Assembly (NCBI GenBank): GCA_944331915.1 | Contig: CALVIR010000003.1 | Coordinates: 3,294 to 67,293 of the forward strand | Direction: 5' to 3' | Length of the DNA stretch: 64,000 nucleotides | Origin: an uncultured Bacilli bacterium | GTDB taxonomy: Bacteria > Bacillota_I > Bacilli_A > RF39 > UBA660 | In this document: one piece after another, positions 46,318 to 55,046 of the stretch | Layout: the number at the start of each line of letters is the position of its first letter | Numbering within the stretch: position 1 is the first letter of the stretch | Program-made: the position numbers and the translations under genes | The notes under the pieces: generated by a model | What the model saw: the letters and a program-made list of their open reading frames with translations, nothing else | Databases searched by the model: none | What the model was told of the DNA's origin: nothing

Positions 46318-47997
46318 TTAAATTTTTAAAATTGTTGCATTATTTATAGATGTATTCCAATAATAATCATTTTCTTTCTTTGCAACTACAATTTTAATGC
46401 CTAGTTTTTCAGTCAAAAATGAAATTTCATTAAAATTCAATTCTAAATCCTTAATAACTACTGTTCTATCTATAAAATCAATTTTATCTATATCAATGTT
46501 TTTGCCAATCTTTTCTACTAAAAAAACAATATACTTTTTCTCTGGAAACTTAAAATTATCGTATTTTTCTTTACAACGATTTCGCTGAACTAATGGGCAA
46601 TTATTACAATTAATACATATATCAGTATTATAGAAAAATTTTCTATCAGGCTGTCCTAATGCATAGCCTAATGCACAACTTGTAGTTTGAAAAATAGGAT
46701 AATCTTTGTTATTTACTAAATCATTCCATAGGTAATCGTATGCTTCTTTATTCCATACATTATCAGATTGTAATGCCTCTTTACGGTTATTCTTTAAAGC
46801 ATCCCATTCTATATTATCTATAATATCATCTGTAGTTTTTAAACCTATTGCAACAGAAGCAATACAATATTTTTTTACAAAATTGTATATTTTTTTTACA
46901 TCTTCCTTTTTAGAATTTTGTGGAATAAAAGGTCTCCAATAATGAATTATCTTCTTTCCTTTTTCTGATAATCTAATAAAATTATTTTCAATTATCTTTT
47001 TATTTACTCCCAATTCGATATCTTTATCTAATCCTGAATAACTTAAGAAAAATAAAAAATTATGACCTCGTTTCTCATATTTATCAATAAAGTCAATAAA
47101 ATCTTCTGGAATTTTACACTTTGTTATAAAAACTATAGGATTTTTTATTTCTCTTTTCATTAATATTTCTATCAATTGTTTTAAATATTCTACATTATCA
47201 ACAGTAGAAAATGCATCAGTTTGAGAAAATAAACATAAAGGCATATCTTCAATATAAAATTTACTTGATAACAATAAATCAACTGCTTTTTCAGGACTTA
47301 CTAACGTAATAGGCTGAATTCGATTCAATTCTCTTTCCTTTAAAAAACAATATTTACACTGTTTTGGACAACCTTGGATCGGATTTAATACTAGCCAAGT
47401 CGCATGAACATCTACGACTGGGTAAAACTTTGGAGTCTTTCTTTTCTCATAATTATCTAAAAACTTTGAAGCATCTAAAATCATTTTTTTAAATTCATCA
47501 GACAATTTTAAATCTAAATCATAAGCAATAGAAAAAACAATTTCAAATAGTCTAGCTATATTAAAATATAAAAAATCTTCTTCTTTTGCATACCCATATC
47601 TTATTTTATAATGTCTATAATCTTTAATTTCTAATACTTTTTCAGATACTTGACCATAAACTGTATTAAAACTTAATATTGCTTCTGCCACATTTTCAAA
47701 TTTTATATAACTGTAATTATAATCATAATTTTGAAAATCTAAATCTAATTTCCAACACAAACTAATTAATTGTAAAACTACATCTGATAATTCATCACCC
47801 AAATCATTAATATTTCTTCCATTCTCACCGTAATTTTTATGTTTTGAAATTAAATAACTAAAATGACCTAATTGAACATTAAGTTCTGCTAATACAGTAA
47901 TGGCATCCCATTCCTTATTTTCAGTAATTTTAAATCTTTCTTTTAATTTAATAGCATTATCATAATTATCTTTCAAAAATACTTTAATATCTTCCAT
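46318..47997 (-). CDS. fusion protein: N-terminal MazG-like NTP pyrophosphohydrolase domain plus radical SAM domain with C-terminal auxiliary Cys cluster
   Basis: N-domain: LGDELSDVVLQLISLCWKLDLD (MazG EExGDxLxQ motif). From aa ~200: NPIQGCPKQCKYCF (Cx3Cx2C, SplB/COG1533-like). C-terminus: CINCNNCP...C ferredoxin-like motif. Confidence 0.6.
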   Translation of the reverse strand: MEDIKVFLKDNYDNAIKLKERFKITENKEWDAITVLAELNVQLGHFSYLISKHKNYGENGRNINDLGDELSDVVLQLISLCWKLDLDFQNYDYNYSYIKFENVAEAILSFNTVYGQVSEKVLEIKDYRHYKIRYGYAKEEDFLYFNIARLFEIVFSIAYDLDLKLSDEFKKMILDASKFLDNYEKRKTPKFYPVVDVHATWLVLNPIQGCPKQCKYCFLKERELNRIQPITLVSPEKAVDLLLSSKFYIEDMPLCLFSQTDAFSTVDNVEYLKQLIEILMKREIKNPIVFITKCKIPEDFIDFIDKYEKRGHNFLFFLSYSGLDKDIELGVNKKIIENNFIRLSEKGKKIIHYWRPFIPQNSKKEDVKKIYNFVKKYCIASVAIGLKTTDDIIDNIEWDALKNNRKEALQSDNVWNKEAYDYLWNDLVNNKDYPIFQTTSCALGYALGQPDRKFFYNTDICINCNNCPLVQRNRCKEKYDNFKFPEKKYIVFLVEKIGKNIDIDKIDFIDRTVVIKDLELNFNEISFLTEKLGIKIVVAKKENDYYWNTSINNATILKI

Positions 47998-47998
47998 T

Positions 47999-48859
47999 TT
48001 ATCTCCATCCTTTTTCTCGTAATGTTAACTGTTTTTCATAAGATTCTTTTTCAGGACTATTTAGTGCATTTACTTTATGTCTAATTACACTTAAATAATA
48101 ATTAATTAAATTATTCTTTATAGTGCCATCTTGTACACCTAAAATTATATCTTTATAAAATTTATCACAATGTGATAAAACATCATATGCTTTTTTTATT
48201 TGATTATCATAGTTATCATTTCTCATAATACTATTTTGACTTTTATAATAATGATATCCAATATAAGGAATACTAGAAACACTTTTTGCTTTACTTAAAA
48301 TTAAAGACGTAAGTGCAAAATCTTCTTGTAACATTCCAACAGGAAATTTAAAATTATTTTTTTCCCAAAAGCTAAAATCATAAGCATATAGCCAAGACGG
48401 GCTATATATTTCAAAGTTTTTTGCAAACTTATTTAATGCTTCTATCCCATTAATATTATAAAACTCATCTGTAATATATTTTTCATAAACTTTGTTGTCA
48501 TTATCAACCATAATACCTTGGTATCGAATCATATCATTTTCATTATCAATAATAGATAACTTTTCAAGTAAACTTTTTTCGATCCAATCATCAACATCAA
48601 CAAAAATTATTGCATCGCCATTAACTTTTGATAATCCATAATTTCTTACCTTACTTATATCTTCAAATGAAACTTCATAATATTTAATGTTTGGAAAATT
48701 AAAGTCAGAATGAATAATATCTGCAGTATGATCTGTGCTACTATCATTTATAAATATAATTTCATAATCTGAATATGTCTGTTGTCTAATTGAATTTAAA
48801 CATCTAGAAATATATTCTTGACCATTATGTGATGGAACAATAATACTAAATTTTTTCAT
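47999..48859 (-). CDS. family 2 glycosyltransferase
   Basis: FSIIVPSHNGQEYISRCLNSIRQQTYSDYEIIFINDSSTD ... FVDVDD. Confidence 0.8.
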   Translation of the reverse strand: MKKFSIIVPSHNGQEYISRCLNSIRQQTYSDYEIIFINDSSTDHTADIIHSDFNFPNIKYYEVSFEDISKVRNYGLSKVNGDAIIFVDVDDWIEKSLLEKLSIIDNENDMIRYQGIMVDNDNKVYEKYITDEFYNINGIEALNKFAKNFEIYSPSWLYAYDFSFWEKNNFKFPVGMLQEDFALTSLILSKAKSVSSIPYIGYHYYKSQNSIMRNDNYDNQIKKAYDVLSHCDKFYKDIILGVQDGTIKNNLINYYLSVIRHKVNALNSPEKESYEKQLTLREKGWR

Positions 48860-49394
48860 TTTTCCTCCTAATAAAGATAAAAAGACAAACGGATGAATGC
48901 TTGTCTTTAGTTAAATTTATTATATTGCAGAATTAACCATCCGGTTTATCTGCCGATTATACTATCATACAATTAACTAAATGTCAAAGGTCATAGCAAA
49001 ACTGTGGGTGTAAATTTTTTCTATTTCATTCCAGCGATTACTTTCATACATATATCTTAATGTAATCACATAATTAGTACCTTTAACACTCCATCTCATA
49101 CCTGATTATTTTAATCTAAGTAGTACTACAGTTTTATTAGAACTTTCTGCTGCACCACTACTTACAAACCAACCATTGTGTTCATAAGTAGAATAATCTA
49201 TTTCATTTTTGTTATTCTCTAAATAAACTGGCAAATTACAAACAGTCTTAGGCATTGTTATGTTACTATATTTATTCAATTATTTAACTATTAAGTTATA
49301 TTCTCTAGAATAACAATATCCAATTATTTGTTCTTTAACTTTCTCTACCTTTTTAATAACTAATGACCATACGGTGCATGGTCATTAGTCTAGG

Positions 49395-49970
49395 GTTTAA
49401 TTCCCCGTTGCTTGCAACGTAAGGCCGAGCGTAGTATTATAAATACGGAGTGAGGGCGATGTTATGGAAGAGAGTCAATATCTATATTTGTCGCACAACG
49501 TAAGTAATCTTGTTTACCACATTGTATGTCCAGCAAAATACCGTCGTGTAGTATTTGATGAAACAGTGGATGAACATCTTCGACAAATTTGTCTTGAGAT
49601 AGAGAAACGTTATGACTATATTGTTTTTCTAGAGATAGGTACGGATAAAGATCATATACATTTTCTAGTTCAAAGCACACCAAACTATGCACCTAGTAAA
49701 ATAGTTCAAATAATAAAGAGCATAACAGCAAGACAAATTTTTGTCGAATGTCCTCAAGTAAAGAAACAACTATGGGGAGGACAGTTTTGTTCAGACGGTT
49801 ATTTTGTGGCTACAGTAGGCAAAAATCAAAATGAATCGGTAATAAAAGAATATGTAAAAAATCAAGGTAAACAAGATGCGGAATACAAGCAGTTATATTT
49901 GAAATTTCAACAGCAAAAATAACATCGCTTTGGGAAGATACCCCGTAGCTTGCTGCGGGGAGTATTCATT
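49395..49970 (+). mobile_element. IS200-type insertion sequence (tnpA only) with terminal hairpins
   Basis: Left hairpin cgttgc-ttg-gcaacg (49407..49420); right hairpin ccccgtagc-ttg-gctgcgggg (49941..49960). Confidence 0.6.
49464..49922 (+). CDS. tnpA: IS200/IS605-family Y1 (HUH) transposase TnpA
   Basis: A 152-aa protein with VYHIVCPAKYRR...HIHFLVQSTPNYAPSKIVQIIKSITARQIF, the classic IS200 TnpA. Confidence 0.85.
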   Translation: MEESQYLYLSHNVSNLVYHIVCPAKYRRVVFDETVDEHLRQICLEIEKRYDYIVFLEIGTDKDHIHFLVQSTPNYAPSKIVQIIKSITARQIFVECPQVKKQLWGGQFCSDGYFVATVGKNQNESVIKEYVKNQGKQDAEYKQLYLKFQQQK

Positions 49971-49984
49971 ATCATCATTACAAA

Positions 49985-50376
49985 TAAATTTACCACAATC
50001 GTATATGTTTCTATTATATGATATTTATCTAATATTCGAATAGCTTCAGGAAAGAGTTCGTCTATCATATTAATAATCCAAGTGGCACCATCAGAAATAA
50101 AAACTATTTCTTCACATTCCCAATATTTTAGTTCTAATGCTTTGGCAAATACTAATATTTTAAAAGTTTCAACATTACCTATGTAAGAAACTTATTCTTT
50201 GTGATTAATAATATTAGACTTGTCTTTTCTTTTATACATATCAGCTCAGTATCAATAAAGAAAATATCTAGTTTATTTTCTTTCCAAGTGGCATCATTTT
50301 TATCTTCTATTCTATTATTTACACTTGCACCATCTGCTCGAATATATAAAGTACCTTTCTTTTTAGTTATAGTCAT
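49985..50376 (-). pseudogene. decayed DDE transposase fragments (ISLre2/UPF0236-like), frame-disrupted
   Basis: Translations ...LYIRADGASVNNR...DATWKEN... and ...VFISDGATWIINMIDELFPEAIRILDKYHIIE... are interrupted by stops. Confidence 0.4.
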
Positions 50377-50705
50377 ATATATTAGTATGATTATTCCAAA
50401 TTTCTAAAGCCTTATTATAGTTATATATCATAAAATAATTTGCCTACATATCTAGTTATATTAATTACAGTAGCATAAGATATTTTAATACCATATACCC
50501 TATATATAATCTCACTAGCTTTTTTAATGATACTTTAAATGGTAGTTTATCTATTTCTAGATATTCATCTAAAGGGGTAATTAATTTACTTTTCAGATTA
50601 TATTTATTATCTTGTATTAAATTGTCACGGAAAGAAATTTACACCCATAGTTACTTGGTTTAGAAAATTTCTATAAGCAGCAATGCGTAAGTTAGTAACT
50701 TTTGT

Positions 50706-50936
50706 ATAATATGAAAAAAAATCAAAGTTTTTAGGCTTTGAATCTTTCGTATTATAGCATTTCTTCCCAAGTCTTACCATCTAGTATTTTAGCGATTTCT
50801 TCGGTTGATGGTAATTTATCTGTTTTTAAAATATCAGTTAAGTTAAACAATTTTGTTCGAAATAATGGGTATTTGCTCGCTTTGATAAAATTCGTTTTGA
50901 CAAATTTATCGACAATAAAGTAATTGTGTTCAATAT
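50706..50936. repeat. right copy of the 231-bp direct repeat (the 3' end of intact gene 50752..51789)
   Basis: About 95 % identical to 38990..39220, in the same orientation. Confidence 0.8.
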
Positions 50937-51789
50937 TTCTTAAATCATAGCCGTAGTTACTAGATCTTTTGATTGCTTCTTCTATATTTTTAATCTCATT
51001 AGGTAGTGGATCTTCTCCTTCAACAGTAGAATAAACTAATTTATCATCTTTATAAACGGCTTTAATAATCTTTTTTATTTTACCGATAGCATTAATTCTT
51101 TTATCTTTATAAAGACCAATATAGCCATGATCAGTAAAGCCTCGTGATGATTGATCATAATACATATTTAAGTCTATATTATCTTCAAAGGTAGTACCTG
51201 AGGTGATAGCGCGAAGCCATTTATCTTTATCTGGTAATAAATCTTCATATAAACAGTAGTCTTTAAAGTCCTCTAAGATAGCAAAAATATCAGTATCTCG
51301 TTCATCAATAATATCTTCCATGGCTTTGATTAGATCGTTGAAAGTAATATTAATATGTTTTATAGCCATTTTATTTTTTTGGTTGTATTCATCTAGTTTT
51401 ACTTGAAAACGGTCATAAAAATCTTTTTTCATCGGTTTAGGATCTAGTGTTAATAATACTTTTATTTCTTCATTATTAAACTTAGTTAGATGGTTTAATA
51501 GTTGATCTAGATCAAATTCATTATATAATTTTGTTTCAACAACTACTTTAAAACTCTGCTGACTAATAACAGCATCAGGTACACTTTTGTTATTTGATGA
51601 TTGTAATTCAAAACTAAGTTCTGGGGTAGAATTTTCCTTTAAAATTAAATTATTAAGCATTAGAAAGAACTTATCAGGATTATAATTATATAACCGTGAT
51701 AACATTAACATCGTATTAGCGGTATCAACATTTTCTTTTGAATGATATCTTTGAAAATAGTGTATTTTCATTTTCTTACTCCTCTTCAC
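50752..51789 (-). CDS. hypothetical protein with putative PD-(D/E)xK nuclease motif
   Basis: A 345-aa protein. PDAVISQQSFKVVVETK gives a D-x12-E-x-K pattern. The C-terminal domain is unassigned. Confidence 0.45.
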   Translation of the reverse strand: MKRSKKMKIHYFQRYHSKENVDTANTMLMLSRLYNYNPDKFFLMLNNLILKENSTPELSFELQSSNNKSVPDAVISQQSFKVVVETKLYNEFDLDQLLNHLTKFNNEEIKVLLTLDPKPMKKDFYDRFQVKLDEYNQKNKMAIKHINITFNDLIKAMEDIIDERDTDIFAILEDFKDYCLYEDLLPDKDKWLRAITSGTTFEDNIDLNMYYDQSSRGFTDHGYIGLYKDKRINAIGKIKKIIKAVYKDDKLVYSTVEGEDPLPNEIKNIEEAIKRSSNYGYDLRNIEHNYFIVDKFVKTNFIKASKYPLFRTKLFNLTDILKTDKLPSTEEIAKILDGKTWEEML

Positions 51790-51918
51790 TTTTTATACAA
51801 TTAATTATAACATTGCTCTTTTTTATAGTAAAGATAAAGACGGTTTACTATTAGTTAAAATTGCTATTTTAAAGAAAAAATGGTATAATCTTACGAAGAA
51901 ACAAGGGGGATACTAGCA

Positions 51919-52677
51919 ATGTGGGTTACAGGTATTAATACGGTTAATTTATATAGAATACAAGCAAATAATAGTAAGATTAGTAGAAAGAGAATTATTT
52001 ATAAAGAGAAAACTGCTGAGGTTAATATTTTATTTAGGGATACTAATATATACTTATCTATTAATAATGCTCATCATTATTACTTTATGATGAAACAGGT
52101 TTCTAAGTTGATGAGAGCAATTGCTAAAGAAAATAATGATGATTATTGCCGAGAGTTTAAAAATAATATTTTAGAATTACCGCAAAGAGAACATTATATA
52201 GATGCTTTAGAAGATGCGAAAATACAATCTGTTAAGTTAGAAATACCACAGTTTGTTTATAATTATATTTCTAAATTTGCAAGTTATAATATGGTATTTG
52301 GTAATACTTTAAAAATGCCAGAGTTTTGTGATACTAGTAAATTAGGTGGTGCTATTTCTAGTGTTAGAGAATGGAACCAATTAATAGAATTACTAACTTT
52401 AAAAGTAAGTGTTAAAGAGTTAGTGAGAAAAGAAATTGTTGAGGTTTTAAAGACTATACCAAATTATCATAACTATATATTTGGATATGATAGTTTTTCA
52501 TTTGACTATGACGAGAAGCGAAATGAACAACTTTATAGAGAAAATACACAAGTTAAAATTAAAGAGTTATTACATTCTATATATCAAAATCCTGATTGTA
52601 AAGGGATAAGGGATAATGAGAAAGCGGATATTAATAATTTTATGCAAAGTTATAAAAAACTAGTTAAGCGCCCATAA
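51919..52677 (+). CDS. hypothetical protein (252 aa), divergent from 50752..51789
   Basis: The ORF is preceded by GGGGGA; I recognise no family. Confidence 0.5.
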   Translation: MWVTGINTVNLYRIQANNSKISRKRIIYKEKTAEVNILFRDTNIYLSINNAHHYYFMMKQVSKLMRAIAKENNDDYCREFKNNILELPQREHYIDALEDAKIQSVKLEIPQFVYNYISKFASYNMVFGNTLKMPEFCDTSKLGGAISSVREWNQLIELLTLKVSVKELVRKEIVEVLKTIPNYHNYIFGYDSFSFDYDEKRNEQLYRENTQVKIKELLHSIYQNPDCKGIRDNEKADINNFMQSYKKLVKRP

Positions 52678-52719
52678 TAATTAACATCTAATGCATAATT
52701 TACAACTAGAGGTGTTATA

Positions 52720-53520
52720 ATGTTAGATTCATTTAAAGAGCTATCACCAGTAATGCAGGCTTTTATTGCCACTCTTTTTACTTGGGGTATTACAGCTTTA
52801 GGAGCAAGTATTGTTTTTTTCTTTAAAAAAGTTAATAAAACGGTTATGGATGCTCTTTTAGGGTTTGCCGCAGGAGTTATGGTAGCTGCTAGTTTCTTTA
52901 GTTTAATTTCTCCAGCTTTAGAGATGGCCGAAGAGTTAGAAATGACAACGTGGCTCGTAATATCTTTAGGATTTCTTAGTGGTGGTATCTTGTTATTTAT
53001 TAGTGATAAGGTTTATGATTATTTAGAAAAAGTACGAAAGAAGGAAACAGATTCTAAGGCGAAGAGATGCTTTATGTTAATATCTTCTATTACTATTCAT
53101 AATATTCCTGAAGGAATGGCAGTGGGAGTTGCATTTGGATCTTTAGCTTATGCTCTTTCTGGTTCAACCTTGGCAGCGGCTTTAGCGTTAGCATTAGGAA
53201 TTGGGTTACAAAACTTTCCAGAAGGAAGTGCGGTATCATTACCATTACGGCGGGAAGGATATTCAAGGAAAAAGGCTTTCTTCTTTGGACAACTATCGGG
53301 AGTTGTGGAACCTATTGCAGCGGTAATTGGAGCTTTGTTAGTATTAAAAATTCAAGTTATTTTGCCTTTCTTACTAGCTTTTGCCGCAGGAGCGATGATT
53401 TATGTGGTGGTGGAAGAATTAATTCCTGAGAGTCAGACGAATAAGAAAAAAGATTTAATGGCAATATTTACAATTATTGGTTTTATGGTAATGATGATAT
53501 TAGATGTCGCTTTAGGTTAA
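52720..53520 (+). CDS. zupT: ZIP-family zinc transporter ZupT
   Basis: A 266-aa protein with 8 TM segments and an HNIPEGMAVG motif. Confidence 0.8.
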   Translation: MLDSFKELSPVMQAFIATLFTWGITALGASIVFFFKKVNKTVMDALLGFAAGVMVAASFFSLISPALEMAEELEMTTWLVISLGFLSGGILLFISDKVYDYLEKVRKKETDSKAKRCFMLISSITIHNIPEGMAVGVAFGSLAYALSGSTLAAALALALGIGLQNFPEGSAVSLPLRREGYSRKKAFFFGQLSGVVEPIAAVIGALLVLKIQVILPFLLAFAAGAMIYVVVEELIPESQTNKKKDLMAIFTIIGFMVMMILDVALG

Positions 53521-53550
53521 AAAAGGCAGAAGATTTGGTTCTTCTGTCTT

Positions 53551-54282
53551 TTAACTTAAATAGAGTTTTTGACCTTTCTTTAGTTCAATCGCATAAGTAT
53601 CATCTTTTTGACAAGTAAAGATTAACTTTGGTGGTGGTTCATTTTCTTCTGGTTTTGTTGTCGTTTCTTCCCTATTACTATCACTTTCTGTAGTTACAGA
53701 AGGAGTTTCTTCCTCATTATCATCTATAATAGGTTCTTCAATATTTTCTGTTGAAGAAGAAGGTGTTTCTTCAACAATCTTTTTAAAAGTATAACCATTA
53801 CTATTAAGGATTGTGATACTATCATCAATCCATAAACATTCGGTAGGATTTTTTCCATTGTTAATGGACCAATAACCACTATTGTTTTGATGCCAGCCAC
53901 TACCAGTGAATTTACCTTTACCGCATTCCATATGAACATGATTACCACTAGCATTACCTTTAGTTCCTTCTTCGTAGAATCTTTCACCTTTAGCGATTAC
54001 TTTACCAACAAAGAGATTTGATACATCATTATCATGAGCGAATAACATTGTCATATAATCAACAGTACCATCAGGATAGATAACTGGTTCTAAGCTTTCA
54101 AGCCAAACCTCGTTAGCATCGCTTGGATAGATTTTTTTTATTATTCCGGTAAAAGGAGCGATGATATAATCAATACCACTATCACTACCAGCATCATCAA
54201 TAGCATAGCTGTCACGATGAGTACCAGTCATATAACCTTGAGTTATTCGCATATAAGGACTAGGATAAAGAGGTTTTTCCAT
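53551..54282 (-). CDS. M23/LytM-family peptidoglycan endopeptidase
   Basis: HRDSYAIDD ... GNASGNHVHME (HxH motif). Confidence 0.65.
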   Translation of the reverse strand: MEKPLYPSPYMRITQGYMTGTHRDSYAIDDAGSDSGIDYIIAPFTGIIKKIYPSDANEVWLESLEPVIYPDGTVDYMTMLFAHDNDVSNLFVGKVIAKGERFYEEGTKGNASGNHVHMECGKGKFTGSGWHQNNSGYWSINNGKNPTECLWIDDSITILNSNGYTFKKIVEETPSSSTENIEEPIIDDNEEETPSVTTESDSNREETTTKPEENEPPPKLIFTCQKDDTYAIELKKGQKLYLS

Positions 54283-54623
54283 TACTTATCACTCTCCGTT
54301 TTAATTATATTCGCTTTAGGGACAGTAATATAATCATTATTTACTAAAGAGGAATAGTCTTTTAGTTTCCCTTCTAGCGACTTATAAAGGGTATCAGCAC
54401 CAATAAAGCTAAAGAAGGAAACCCATAAACTATTAGGAAAAGTGACACTGGTAAAAGTGATGCAGAAAAGTGTTCCAACAACAAAGTTAACGATAAAGTT
54501 ATAGATAACTAAACAGCTAGAACAGGGAAAAAATTTCTTAGTTTTTTGAATAAAGGCACAAGTAACAACACTTAGAGCGATGGCTACAACAAGCATTTGT
54601 TGTAATAGAGTTAAGTTTAACAT
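54282..54623 (-). CDS. small multi-TM protein, holin-like (putative)
   Basis: A 113-aa protein with 3 predicted TM helices. Its stop overlaps the start of the M23 gene. Confidence 0.4.
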   Translation of the reverse strand: MLNLTLLQQMLVVAIALSVVTCAFIQKTKKFFPCSSCLVIYNFIVNFVVGTLFCITFTSVTFPNSLWVSFFSFIGADTLYKSLEGKLKDYSSLVNNDYITVPKANIIKTESDK

Positions 54624-54683
54624 TTTATCTTCACCTCTATTACTAGTTTATGCTTAAGTTACTAATAGAGATTAAGTTTATGC

Positions 54684-55022
54684 CTAAGATAAAAGTTTTA
54701 TTTTGATACCTAAGACACCAAATTCTTGTTCTTGCTCTTTACTATATATACTGTACATTCCTTGAACTTTTTCTTCTAAGTCCTTACCTTGGTAACCAAG
54801 ATTGGATAATAGTTCTTTAAAAGTTTTCGCTTTATATAAGGCAACTACCTCGACAGTTATTTTTTCTTTTAAATCAGGTAACTTAGAAAATTCAATAGTA
54901 TCCCCTACTCTAATCTTTCTTCTTTTTTCATCATATAATCTAAACTCTACTTCTTTACTACCATTTAAAATTCTCATAAATGGATCTTCTAATAATTTCA
55001 TTTTATGTTTCATTTTCTTCAC
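54684..55022 (-). CDS. ASCH-domain protein
   Basis: MKLLEDPFMRILNGSKEVEFRLYDEKRRKIRVGD is the typical ASCH N-terminal beta-barrel pattern. Confidence 0.55.
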   Translation of the reverse strand: MKKMKHKMKLLEDPFMRILNGSKEVEFRLYDEKRRKIRVGDTIEFSKLPDLKEKITVEVVALYKAKTFKELLSNLGYQGKDLEEKVQGMYSIYSKEQEQEFGVLGIKIKLLS

Positions 55023-55046
55023 CTCAACTTTAGTATAGCGAAATTA

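Noticed and set aside
49462-49692. A 76-aa minus-strand ORF
   Set aside because: It is antisense to the intact IS200 tnpA and has no support.
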